DNA of 64,000 bases from Mytilus californianus (lineage: Eukaryota). This document shows, piece by piece, positions 14,401 to 25,605 of this stretch. The translations under genes were made by a program, and so were the position numbers. The stretch covers positions 110,422,001-110,486,000 of the forward strand of contig NW_026262712.1 of the NCBI RefSeq assembly GCF_021869535.1. Direction: 5' to 3'. The notes under the pieces were generated by a model. That model worked only from the letters and a program-made list of their open reading frames with translations. It was not told the origin of the DNA and searched no databases. Numbering within the stretch: position 1 is the first letter of the stretch; every line of letters starts with the position of its first letter.

Positions 14401-17400
14401 GAAATGGGTGGATAAAGGAACGACCTGTCGGTAATAAGGGGAACAAAGTGGATGGATAAAGGAACGATGTGTCGGTAATAAGGGGACCAAAATGGGTGGA
14501 TAAAGGAAAGATGTATGGTTTATAAGGGGAACGAAAAGGATGAACAAAGGAACGATGTATCGTTAATAATGTGAACAAAATAGGTGGATAAAGGAACGAT
14601 GTATCGTTAATAAGGGGAATAAAATAGGTGGATAAAGGAACTATGTGTCGGAAATAAGGTGAACGAAATGGGTGGACAGAGGAACGATGTGTCGTTAGTA
14701 AGATGAACAAAACGGGTGGATAAAGGAACAATGTTTCGGTAATAAGGTGAACAAAATGGGTGGATAAAGGAACGATGTGTTGGTAATAAGGGGAACACAA
14801 TGTGTGGATAAAGGAACGATGTGTCGGTAATAAGTTGAACAAAATTGGTGGATAAAAGAACGATGTATCGTTGATAAAGGAAACAAAATGAGTTGATTGA
14901 ACAACAAATATTATTTAAAATGATGACATGGGAATTTTTATCGGATAGGTTGAAGACGTAAATTATTCTTGTAATTCAAAAGACAATCTGTAGATTTTCT
15001 CATGATAACTTAAAGATGTTCATATATAAGTCGTTCATTAATTTTGAATATACTAATCAAGAGTGAAAACAAAAAACCATGGACTCCAAGTAAAACGAAA
15101 CCAGATGCATTATCATGGTACGTAAGAAGCCTCACTCTCCTGCTAGGCATGTATTTTCAACCACTTCTTCATTAGCCTGCTGGAGGAGTTTTTATCTTTG
15201 GGCACATCTCTGTGGGGTGGGGAAAATGAAAACCATTGAATTGAAACGACAAATTGAGGAAATAAATTGTCAGAATACAGAGGCACACGAAATACAGCCA
15301 CCATTTTCTACATAAGAAAATGCCTGTACCAAATCAGGAATATGACAGTTGTTATCCATTTGTTTGATTGTTTAAGCTTTTGAATTTTCCTCGGAGTTCA
15401 GTATTTTTGTGATTTTACTTTTTGCAGCATATGTATAAATTAACTCATAAAATAGTCGGCCAAATATAATATGTCATTTAAAATTTGATGATCAGAAAAG
15501 AAGGCGTAACAAAATTTGAAATTCTATTCAAGCCTCTTTTCATTTAAATGATAAAATAAATGTTGCAAAGTCGTCCCAAGAATGAAATACATAGACAAAG
15601 ACGGTACAAACTCTTTTTATATAAAAGGTAAATACATTAAAATCAAAATATGTGATCTGATGTATTTGTTTTCAACAACTCTAACAGTGACCTTTTAGGT
15701 CGAAATATGGGGTCGCCCTCTTCTGTCTTTTAGCTTTTATTGTTTTGTGTTATGAATTTTGGCGTTTACCCTTCAAATTTGTAATTTAATGGATATAACA
15801 ATAATAAGGAGTGAGTTGATGGTTTAAGTCAGAATGGACCTTCAGCTTGAAATGTTGGATATTTGGATCAAATTGTCTTTCTTACTATATAAAGGAAATA
15901 ATACTTGTAGGTTCAACTAAATACAAATTTGCCCGCAGTTTTACATACTTAAATATCATGTTAATAGCATTTAGTTTCTTGAAAAAATAACTGTAACACA
16001 TAACATGTGAATGTATCCGTTCTTTTCGTTGCGGTAATAAATAGACTGCGATTATAAAATGAGGCAATTCACACGAAGAACAAACATGTTGCCTTGGTAA
16101 AGTCAATCTAGGGGTAATACGATCATTGGTTTCCCCTGTTAGTCTTTGCTAAATAGACATTTTTCCAAAAAAGTGTGTATAATTTATCTTTGTTTCAAAT
16201 AAAGAAATACTTGGCATGAGTAAAGTTTTATACTGTTCTTTTCTACAATGAAATGTCACATAACATTTCATTGCATATAAGAAAATAACCACCACCGAAA
16301 GAAAACAAAGTTATGTTTCATCCTCTTTTACTGTTTGCAAGCTTTAGTTACCATGTCACCAAGTTTCCAAAATATTTTATGGCAACACCAAATTTAAAAA
16401 GAATGGTGCTTTGAAACTCCAAAGATACATGTTCATCATCATGACACAGAAAAAAAATTCTGAAATGAAATGCAGGGTTCATTTCCTACAATTTTCGAAT
16501 TGAACGGTATATTTTTGTTTGCCCTTTTGAGGACAAGACCGTATTTGACGTTCATTGGTATGGTGGTATTACACCTAAAGAAGACCATATTGTTGAATAA
16601 GCTGAATGTGATTTTTACCCGTGAAATACTGGTAATTTCAAGTATTACCGTCAAGTTTTGTCATCATCAGTTCAATAGTTTTAGAGATTATCATTATAAA
16701 GTATACGATACATATAGCGAATTGAGCAAAATATCATCGAAAAATCCAAATCACGCCGCATCATACAAGCTTAAGTAACCATGTCACCTCAAGTTTCCAA
16801 AATATTTAACAGGAACACCAAATAAAAAAATAATTGCTGCTTTAAAACACCAGTGATATATTTTAAGGTTAAAAAAATGTTCTCTAGTGAAAAACAGGGT
16901 TAGTTTTCTACAACAGTCAAATTGAAGAGAAAATTTGTTTTACCCTTTTTTATCTTGGAACCGGATTTAAAATGTTTGTGGTATTACACCTCTTTGGAAA
17001 GGATTAACTATTTTCGATGTAATCGGAATTATCTCTATTCACAAAAAGTGTGTGACAATTAAATGCAATACAAACTTTCAAAGAAAATATGAATCGTTTA
17101 GTAAAATTAGTAAAATCCTAAATCATTTTGTTGGCCAATTTATTAATTTTTGGGAAAAAACGAACAGTCATTGATCGTATTTAACAACCAATGAATAATT
17201 AATGATTTAAAAGATATTTTAAAGCTGAAAATTCAAATAATAATAATAATACTTTATTAAGCTCAAATTACCCCAATAAGGGGGTCAAAAGCATAGTTTC
17301 TAAGTTACAATTTAAACAATACCATCATCATGACATTTTCTAGAACCTGAAATAAAATAAAAACATTAAACACACAACACACAACGCAAAAAATGACAAC

Positions 17401-20279
17401 ATGTGTCCCATGTCCTCAGTTTTATAGACTGTTTCATAAAGCAGTCTAAAAATGAATAATTTTACTTGCTATAATTTGGATTTAGAATGTATTTCAGTTT
17501 GTTGTCAGGAAAAAAATATTGGTTGTTTAAATCATTATAAACGACAAGTCTTAAATCAATATTATTTTACAAAATGAAAAGAAATGGGATTCATCATCCA
17601 GAACTTTGCACCTATTACAAAGTCTTTGGTGGCATGGCATATTCTTATATCTTCAAGTTTCAAAAGCGAGGAGATTGATCACTCATTCTAAATTTGCATA
17701 CAAGTTTTCTTATATCAAGATTTCGGTATGTCAAATAATACTTTAATTTTGTTTAGATTCAGTTTTATATGACTGTATAAATAATAGAAGTTTACTGCTA
17801 GTATTTTTATCAAGTGAAGATACTTTATTTTCATATACTTCTTTATATCATTGTTCAAGTTCATTTTTATAGTATTTCTTACGTAGATTCTTACAGACTC
17901 TATATTTGATTTAAGGTATCATTTTGATATTTGCATGTTTAACGCTCTGCTTGCTCCTCAACAATTTACCGCTTTAGTTTCTATGTTGTTTACAGTGGTT
18001 ATCAGAATCTTTTCTGTAAATATAATGTTTCTCGTAAAAAATATATTATAAATTTATTTTTTCATTGCGTCTTTCATTGGAATTTTGTTAATAGAACAAA
18101 ACACTGGAAATGATATATATTCAAGCACAGAATTTCTAACATCTTCCTACAGACGTGATATACTCAATAATTCATATAACAAAATGTTCTTTGTTCTGAT
18201 GATCTGACAATTTTAATCACTTCCTGGCCTTTTAATGATACTGCCGATTTCAATTTAATCTTATGATGAAACTTTACGAAACCTGGTAGGAGTGTTGTTT
18301 TGGACCGGAATAAAATTACCGTACCAGGGCACAGTACATACTTTTGACTCCGAGGCGATCAGTCTTTGCTTTTACTCCTTAATGCCACATGCTTACAATG
18401 CAGCGAAGACGTTTAAAAGTCATTGGTTTAATCTGACTTATGATCGAACTCACGATCTCATGCACACCAGACAAGCACTACAGCGATACCTCCGAATTTG
18501 TTAAATTGTAATATAATCTGACGAATGTTTTGTTTACTCAAATGCACACTGTTATTATTAATGTCTTAATTTCTATTACAGATTTTTATAAATTTTCCAA
18601 CAAGAATTCGTTACTGAACAAAAGTATTGCCCGTTTGAACATTAATAAGCAAAACACTTTATTTGTGTTTACAATAAAGGTATTTTATTTTGTAGAATAA
18701 AGAGTATGTTATACAAAATAATAAATGCACGACACTGAACTACACAACATCTGTTGAATTAGCCTGTATACCAAGTAAGTAGATTACTAGAAATTAAATA
18801 TATCGTTGACGCAATAAAGATTATTCGCATTCAGTTGACAACAGATATTTTGAACACAAAACTATACGATGCTTTCCATTTCCCCCAAAGTGTTTATCAG
18901 AATGAGTATAGTAACATATTCTCTTTCCAATAGGCCGTTCTCTTTCAGAGTAGATTCGATAGTTCATTACATCCCTGCAGTTTTCCTTTCGTAGTAGTAA
19001 TATTCTCTATTCATCATCATAGGGTTTTATAAACCAGGATACATTCATTAAAAAATCAAATACTGTCCGTTTAAGCTCATTCACTCAAATGATTTAAAAT
19101 ACGAAAATGTGTATGGTGAAATTACTGTTGTTGCTGGTAGGTATTTGATTGTTTCTGTTAAATTTATTCACTTAACTTTCCTAGACCCGTGGCTATTCAG
19201 AGCTTGTCATATTGTATAAATAATTGACTATTTTTGAAGACCGTATGTTGGCTTCTAGATGTCTTATTGTTTTTGTCTGTCTCAATCCTTCCTGAAGTAA
19301 ATATTCAGTAATCATAAAAAGCGAGAATAGTAATACAAAATAATAAACAAAAAGCCGTATGGTATGATTTCCGTGTGCACCTGTTACTGAAATAACTCTA
19401 ATGTTCGCGCCAGACCAAACGTTGGCCTCCTTAAATAAAAAAGATGAAGAGCACAAAACCAAAAGGATATAAACAGAACTGTTCAAACCATTATTATTAT
19501 AAGTTCAAATTTATTTTGGCCTTCCTCAATTTAATTTCAGTGGGATCTAAGATACTGTCAAGGTCATATGTTGGCGCTGGAATGACAAAACTTAATGCAA
19601 CACTTTACAAGTATATGGATATAACAGGAACAAGGTTTTACTTTGAAGTTGTTGACGATGGCTGTATTCCTTTAATGACAGATACAGCAAGTCCAAACTG
19701 GCTCGGAGGTAGAGGAATTACATTTAAAAAAGATTCTTTTCACTTTTCGAAATAAATTTAGTAATCGAGTAAATGTTTAGTTTGTAATACTAGTATGTGT
19801 ATCAAGATTATTTGCAGAGTAATATTTCCATAACATTTTCAACAAGTTAACTGTAGATGTTGATCAACATTAAAGAAAAATCCGGAAATCGTTACATCAA
19901 ATGCAATAGGTAATACAGATCAAAATATGCTGTACGCAATTGCAAAATCCATTGTATTGCAATGACAATCAGACAAGACTCAGCTGTACACGATAGCCAC
20001 AACAACTGTTTTAATAAGCAGTTGGAAACACAGATCATATGTTACCTGCCGTAGAGATAGACGGTAATAGGGTGTGATAAAAGTTTTATATTAAAAATCG
20101 AACGAAAACCTGAATCTGAAAATTGATCGTTTTAAAACTGTCACACAGATTTGTTTGACATTGTATCCTGTTATTTTACAGAGGGAAGTAAGAAAACAAC
20201 AGTAACTTACATGGGAATCAGCAAAGGAATCCAGAACCCTTCCGTATTCAACGTACCAGCAATTTGTGTAAGCATTTGA
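2308..20279 (+). CDS. Ependymin-related secreted protein, five coding exons, about 192-195 aa
   Basis: Exons 2308-2439, 6370-6480, 18696-18774, 19541-19708 and 20182-20267 (or to the stop at 20279) have GT-AG boundaries with matching phases (0,0,1,1) and join into one open frame: MFGYLIFLSFLGSVLC-CCFPKQWEG...SVDYNKG...IILQDFNK-NKEYVIQNNKC...LACIP-MGSKILSRSYVGAG...DDGCIP...-GIQNPSVFNVPAIC. Signal peptide, CCxPxQWEG, CIP twice and the F-x-x-P-x-x-C end are ependymin-family hallmarks. The GTAAGC after the last Cys codon may be a donor to a sixth exon that I could not locate. Confidence 0.88.
3990..4500 (+). mobile_element. Penelope-like element fragment (RT C-terminal/thumb region), decayed
   Basis: TRIYDKRDDCSFPIVNFPFLDDDVPLNPSYSEYISQLVRY...GFRYHKL; same motif set as the fragment at 25.6-26.2 kb. 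Confidence 0.75.
6370..6480 (+). CDS. Ependymin-related gene, exon 2
   Basis: Acceptor CTTCGGCAG|, ESSSLSVDYNKGFAYYNQTTDTNSGQTKQIILQDFNK, donor |GTATAT; 111 nt, phase 0-0. Confidence 0.85.
6660..7058 (+). repeat. Direct copy of 8938-9345 (arm segment plus SINE-like interspersed repeat)
   Basis: CTTGACCAGAGCAACA...GAACCACTTTTCCTGATAAACTTAATTGTTTATAAAAAGTAAAAT...CACTTGTAT occurs at both positions. Confidence 0.8.
7104..7714. mobile_element. Non-autonomous DNA transposon (MITE) with TTAA target duplication, Kolobok-like
   Basis: TTAA at 7100-7103 and 7715-7718; 16-bp TIRs GGTAGATGGGGTGTCT / AGACACCCTATCTACC with one mismatch; termini RR...YY. The other arm of the inverted duplication (near 15543) has the empty site. 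Confidence 0.8.
9165..9870 (-). mobile_element. Abundant interspersed repeat plus Penelope-like 3' fragment, inserted in the left arm
   Basis: Reverse complement of the CATACAAGTGAGAGGTTTAGCTAGCTAT...GACAGTTG family (also near 5800, 15300, 38450, 39040-39500, 44910, 45500-45960), and PGLCQRTSRLFLKEFIGRYQDLVDTYSVSTSQII in ORF 9695-9979. Confidence 0.65.
12074..12707 (+). pseudogene. C1q-domain-containing (C1qDC) pseudogene nested in ependymin intron 2
   Basis: gC1q motifs IAFYAFMS...LIFDVLTT...GYNSHTGVFTSPKTGTYVF...VSKGDTAYVRTH...GRTTFS*WLL*. In-frame stops at 12654-12656 (TAG) and 12690-12692 (TGA where Gly is expected); stops and a frameshift near 12200-12242 after a signal-peptide-like start MLGFSKLTINICIYFYMKVLS at 12074 (start is inferred); AATAAA at 12721. 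Confidence 0.85.
14245..14890. repeat. Minisatellite, unit about 42 bp, about 15 diverged copies
   Basis: Consensus GGATAAAGGAACGATGTGTCGGTAATAAGGGGAACAAAATGGGT; it explains the four overlapping repetitive ORFs at 14173-14907. Confidence 0.95.
17260..18200 (-). mobile_element. Decayed LINE 3' end (C-terminal Cys/His region and tail)
   Basis: Minus strand reads DIRKLVCKFRMSDQ.../LAFET*RYKNMPCHQRLCNRCKVLDDESHF, ending AATAAAG followed by (TTA)n near 17260-17240; same type of C-terminus as the element at 1-979. The 5' limit is approximate. Confidence 0.75.
18696..18774 (+). CDS. Ependymin-related gene, exon 3
   Basis: Acceptor TTTTGTAG|, NKEYVIQNNKCTTLNYTTSVELACIP, donor A|GTAAGT; 79 nt, phase 0-1. 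Confidence 0.85.
19541..19708 (+). CDS. Ependymin-related gene, exon 4
   Basis: Acceptor TTTCAG|, (M)GSKILSRSYVGAGMTKLNATLYKYMDITGTRFYFEVVDDGCIPLMTDTASPNWLG, donor G|GTAGAG; 168 nt, phase 1-1; lies inside ORF 19444-19755. Confidence 0.85.
20182..20279 (+). CDS. Ependymin-related gene, exon 5
   Basis: Acceptor TTTTACAG|, (E)GSKKTTVTYMGISKGIQNPSVFNVPAIC, then either donor GTAAGC at 20268 or read-through VSI* ending at 20279. Confidence 0.8.
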
Positions 20280-22099
20280 GTTGTGTTAAACATGTTAATA
20301 TCTATAATGTTGATAAGATGAAGAACAACAAAAAAAATCGAAATCAATATGTTTTTGCGCATTTCATCAGAATTGATTTATATTGTTCTCGTTATTAATA
20401 TGTATCTTGATGCTGACCAGCACAGTTTTTGTATACATTTTAGTAGTTTTTGTTTAAACAGCCTAATCTGTCCGACACCTGAATTTATATATTATACGTT
20501 GTCTAATGCAAGCACCACACAGAAAAAAATGTTAGTTTACTTTAAATTGTACAGATTGGCTTTTAGATGGATATGACAAAATTCAAGTTTAAGGGCAAAA
20601 TATTATAGGTCTTCCTGGTCCTACTCATTTGCGAATATCTAAATGTAGGAAATAACACTGTTGGGTACTTGTCAGCTTGTGCAAACACGAAATACTTTCC
20701 GAGAGTATTGAATTTGTGCGTCAGTCATGATGTCGAATTCCAAAGACGATTTTGTATATGTTACTTTCGAATGTTTCATACGATATCCTTTAAATTAAAT
20801 ATTCTATTCGACGAGTTGCATTTTTTTTTCATTTCAGATGAAATGAAAGACAAGAGTTGATCCTGTATAGGATCGAATTTTGGAAGAAAAAAGATTAATG
20901 TAAAACCTTACAATTAAAAGACAGCAAAATATCATGTAAACTTTTGAACACACCTTATCATACGGAAAAGGCGATGCAGGGTATACACAAGTTAGACAGC
21001 ATCCAATCGACACAAAATCAAAAGACGTCTACAGAATGTTAAGTTATATTTTGGCTAAATAAGTAAGAACTTGGGTATTTCGTTTAGGAATACATGTCAC
21101 TGACCATTATAAATTACTTGAAAGCAATTCTTTCCATATATTTAAAATCTAACCGTATGTCGGTACTTGACATGAATAATTTTATGCCTCTACTGCAAAT
21201 ATATAGTTCTGACTATTGAAAAGCGTAGCTAAGGTGTCCTTATACGGGTTTGATTGTTATGTCCAGTTAACCTTGTTTGTGATGTTCCTGAAAATATGTG
21301 TATATGGCCTTCCAAATATTTCACTGTGATATTTCTTAATGAAATCGTATTGTACCTGTCAGTGTTGGAGCTATTTCTATTTCGAATTAAGTATTTTTGA
21401 TAATAGTTTTTAACCTTGTCTTTTTTTTCTTTGTCTTGTATTCTTTTGTTTGAGTATGTCTGAAAAAATATTGGGAATACATCTATTGGAAACAACAGCA
21501 ACCCAAAAGGCACAAAAGACTAGAAATGACATATAGAAGTGAATATATATACAGCGTTCAACAATAGACAAGTTTCTATTAAATATCATGAATATGTCAA
21601 GCCATTCGGCTAAATCGTCTGGAAATTAGGCTAGTCGTGGATACATTTTGGCAGAGACTACCAATGATTTGGCAACAACAAATTCTTGAAAGAACAAACG
21701 TACTTAGATATTAAAAGCTGGAGATAAAAACTGACAAAAATTCCGAATTTAAAACACATATTTACATGTAGAAAGGTGAAAGTACTTTTGGATTACGCAC
21801 GTGTACGTTTGCTAGGGCAAAATCAGCTGTTTGCATACGCAAGACCAACGCCAAACAGTTTGTTTGCGTATCATAAAAGTAGCGCGTAAATATTTAGTCC
21901 TACTACTCTAGAGCAAAACGATACACTGTATTCGCGTACGCTAGAGCAACGCGTTTCAACTTAAACGATAACGTGGTTTGCGTTCCTCTAGGGAAAGTAT
22001 ATAATTCGAAAAAATGTCACCCCCATTACTGACTAATGGAATTCTCTGCATCAACAACCTTTTATTGCCCAATCAAATTAATTTTAATAACATTTTACT

Positions 22100-22142
22100 G
22101 CACAAATACGTATTTCGACAATTAATGTCTCTTCAGTGATGC
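22100..22142 (-). ncRNA. Minimal type I hammerhead ribozyme motif
   Basis: GCATCA-CTGAAGA-GAC ATTAATT GTC-GAAA-T ACGT ATT-TGTGC: core CUGANGA/GAAA, 3-bp stem II, palindromic loop III (ACGT), AUU triplet, stem I with one bulge. Confidence 0.7.
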
Positions 22143-22462
22143 TCGAAGCCAAAATGTATTAAAATCCAAAAAAATAAAACAGACGTTGAAAACCAGATAA
22201 AACCAAAAAGGACAGAAAACCAAAGACTTAGCAACACAAACCCCACCAAAAAACCGGGGGTAGGCTCGTGTGCTCCGGAAGGGCAAGAAGTTCCTGTTCC
22301 ACATGTGGTACCCGTTATGTTACTGAAGCAAGCAAAAATCCGGGTACGCTTTTCACTATTTCGTAATGACAAAATCGAGAAAAGAGGACGGGATTCAATC
22401 TTTTAAACATTATAACACTACAAAATAAACTCATCAAAGATACCAGGATTAAAATTTCGTAG

Positions 22463-22504
22463 GCCAGACGCGCTTTTCGTCTATAAAAGACTCATCAGTG
22501 ACGC
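22463..22504 (-). ncRNA. Minimal type I hammerhead ribozyme motif, slightly degenerate
   Basis: GCGTCA-CTGATGA-GTC TTTTATA GAC-GAAA-A GCGC GTC-TGGC: intact core and stem II, palindromic GCGC loop, GUC triplet; the stem III base after GAAA is A where C would be needed to pair with G. Confidence 0.75.
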
Positions 22505-25008
22505 TCGAATAAATAAGGTTAAAAGGCCAAATAAAGTAAAAAGTTGAAGAGTATTGAAGACACAAAATTGCGAAAGGTTTTGTCAAATACAGCAAATTGA
22601 AATTACCTTTAAATTAAACATATGATATATATTATTGTCGCAACTACCAAACCTAGAACGAAGCTCGGAAATTTGGTGTCTACACAGAACTTCTGGAAAG
22701 TTCGGAGAGCCAACACCCGTGCTTCGGATATTAATTATTGTCGAACATTTATTTGATTCTAAATACATATACAATACACGACAGCTCGGTAAAAATGTAC
22801 CTAGGCAGTTAAAAAGTTGGAACATACTAAGGTGGGTGATAGTTGCCTGTTGTAAGATAAAAATCAAAATCATAACCCAAAAAATCAGAAAGTTAGAAAA
22901 AGTCATTATTTGACAATCAACAGTATAATTATCCAAAAGTTCATGTGAGGAAAACAATATCAAAATGGAACTTATAATAATCAAAAATATGCTTATATGG
23001 CTAGTATCATGATAATTGATGTTGATATTGCTGTTTGATTCTTTTGTAATGCCTGATATGATTGATTAGAAGTTATAGTAGGAATCATCTTTCAAGTTTT
23101 CATTTTTTCTCTTGACATGGTTTATTTAATATATTTTTCATTATTCGGCTATATAAATACCATAAGGAGTAAAACCAATGACTATACACCTTCGTAATAT
23201 TCTTATAGATTTCGCAGTCACAATCACAAAGTTGTAAAAGGTTAAATTCACTAAATATGTACGTCATTAAGGACCGCTCATTATGGGGAGAGCTTTCTGG
23301 GTACCACTGAAGTCCTGTGCTCCTCTAATTGATATATAATGTTTGAAACAAATCCTTTTTATAGATGGATCAAAACTAGGGTTAAGAATAATGAAAAATG
23401 GATGCTGATTGGACTTAATTTTTATACTACTACACGATTGAAAGTAATGGGGATCAGTGTAGTAATTAAATGGAATCTAGTGTTTGTAAACAAAGCAGTG
23501 TAAAATGGCCCAAAATGCCGCATGACCCTAACTGTCTTTATTGTTGAAAAGATAAAGCTACATTTGTACTTTAATGAATGATGTATAAAAGCTTCTGATT
23601 TCTTTTAAATTAAAAGGTAAACCAGGTATAAATTTAATATTTAAAATAGGTTTGCATTGAAGTCTAAAGGAGATGTTTTCCAGAATTTAAACCGTCATTA
23701 ATACAGTTTTCTACTTTTATATACAATGTTTATGCATCATCAACTAATAAAATACTGCTCCTTTTCGTTGAAATAATATCCTGCAAGAAACTATACATAT
23801 ATTGCATTAACACATAAGAACGAGTAATGCAGCATTTTGGGTTATCTTTCATTTTACAAAAGTGTCCTGTTTTGTTTTCATGACCAAACTTACTCACACA
23901 TGTACTGGAATTCAGTTGACCATTAAAGTGGACACTGCGCAAGTACGTGTTATTTTGAGGAATGAAATAAAAGATATGAAAGGTTCGATTTGCCAGCTCT
24001 TACTTTTTTTTCAAAATTCTCTTAATGAAGAGAATTTTTACAATATCAAAATAGCTAATTCTTCAGAAATTTGTGAAACATTACAGATCATCCGTTTTCA
24101 TTCTTTGAAAAGGTGATTTTTTTTAAGATAAATATTGAAATATATATCATCGCAAGGTAAAAAGCTTGTATGTCTTCGCAGAATATAGAATTATTTTTCA
24201 GTCTTATTTAGATGTAATCATTTCAATATAACCCAAACAAAAGCAGTGAATTAATACAGTCAAAATAATACCAATCTGCTTATTTTAACATAAAAAGTCA
24301 TTTTTTTTCATTATAAGGCCGGATTGGTATATCTCACAAAATCTGGCCAGGTACTTTAAAATTTGTCTTTATTAAGATGAAAATCTTTCAAATAATTTCA
24401 TTCCTGTCGCAATATTTGCATATTTTAATAAATGTCTAGACGGATTATGTTCTGCTGTTTTAAAATCCAAGATGGAAGAAACCCCCCTTTCCATGCACCT
24501 TACGGACAAGCCTTCTCGGCAATAGTGAAACTAATATATAAGGTAGAAAAATACCAAGGGGACAATCAAAACTGATAAGTCGAATAGAAACTGAAAAACC
24601 ATGGCTAAAACACAACATAAAAAACTAAAGATTGAGCAACACAAACACCACCAAAATTTGAGGTTGAGCTTAGATGCCCCAGAATAGTAAGCATATCCTG
24701 TTCCACTATTGGCACCCACTATGTTGCTCAAGGTTAGTACTGATTAGGTAAAAGTCTAATTCGGTGATGTTAGAGGAAAAGAGGACGGGATTGTTGTTAC
24801 AACAATTTGCGACTAAATTGCCATGCTTCAATTTTGAAAAATTCTAAATGTAGTTACTCTACCAAGTAATGTGAGTTGCATCCATAATGTACTGTGTCAT
24901 TAGACTTTTTTTTAACAGACAATCTGCATTTCAACTGTGTGTCCTGTGTTTCTTTATTTTAATGATTCAGCTTTCATACAGTAGCTTCTCAGGAAAAATG
25001 AAATGAAA

Positions 25009-25400
25009 TTGGTTTTGTCCTTTAACTTTACTTTTCGTTATATAGATAATGTCCTTTCAATGATTATAGATAATACAAAGTTTGGTGACTATGTTGACCC
25101 AAGCTGAACATGAATAAGAGATAAAGTAAACTAAGGATACAATTAAGTCTGCCTAATATCTTGACTCACATCTAGAAATTGACAAAGCAGGTCGGCTGAG
25201 AACTAAAGTTTACGACAAAAGAAATGATTTCAGTATTCCTAATGTAATTTTCTATTTCCGTGTAGCAACATCCCATTAGCGCTTGCATTTGGAGTATACA
25301 CATCCCAATTGGTACGGTATTAATGGCTTGCTTTTTCTATTTGAGAGTTACTGCTTAAAAGGAAGCTATTACACCAAGGGTTTAAAATGTTATGGAATAT
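25009..25400 (+). mobile_element. Penelope-like RT fragment, strongly decayed
   Basis: Nucleotide-level paralogue of 25710-26090 (TTTAACTTTACTTTTCGTTATATAGAT...CATCTAGAAATTGAC...TACGACAAAAGAAATGATTTCAG). Confidence 0.7.
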
Positions 25401-25605
25401 CTGTGTCACAGATTACCAAGGATATGTACAACTTGTCGTATTCACAAAAATTGTGTATATAAAATAGAAACTGTATTAATGACGGTTTTAAAGTACTCAG
25501 CAAAAATTATAGTGTTTAAACATAATATCGCATGGTTCTTGTTTATCGCGAAGTTTATATTTTTTTACATGTATATAGATGTATATACAATTGTTTAAAA
25601 GGCAT

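Larger units (their letters stand above)
6580..15660. repeat. Large diverged inverted duplication, arms about 6580-10350 and 12950-15660
   Basis: Exact reverse-complement anchors in colinear order: 7962-7982/15168-15188, 8375-8390/14142-14157, 8918-8930/13603-13615, 10128-10149/13096-13117, 10260-10272/13032-13044. Sequence between anchors aligns by eye. Confidence 0.9.

Noticed and set aside
14173-14907. Four overlapping ORFs up to 200 aa on the minus strand
   Set aside because: By-products of the 42-bp minisatellite; they lie in several frames and are repetitive.
19193-19486. 97-aa minus-strand ORF with a hydrophobic stretch in ependymin intron 3
   Set aside because: Flanking frames are full of stops and I recognise no family; a decayed pseudogene cannot be excluded without a search.
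20838-20860. Candidate sixth exon of the ependymin gene (TTTCAG|ATGAAATGA)
   Set aside because: Several acceptor-like sites fit equally well and none has homology support; left unassigned.
21780-22030. CpG-rich block with repeated CTAG(A/G)GCAA motifs
   Set aside because: Probably the end of a DNA element, but I found no matching terminus or target duplication, so it could not be classified.
22583-23520. Overlapping ORFs 22583-22984 (-) and 22635-22913 (+) and nearby coding-looking sequence
   Set aside because: No recognisable motifs or consistent splice structure.
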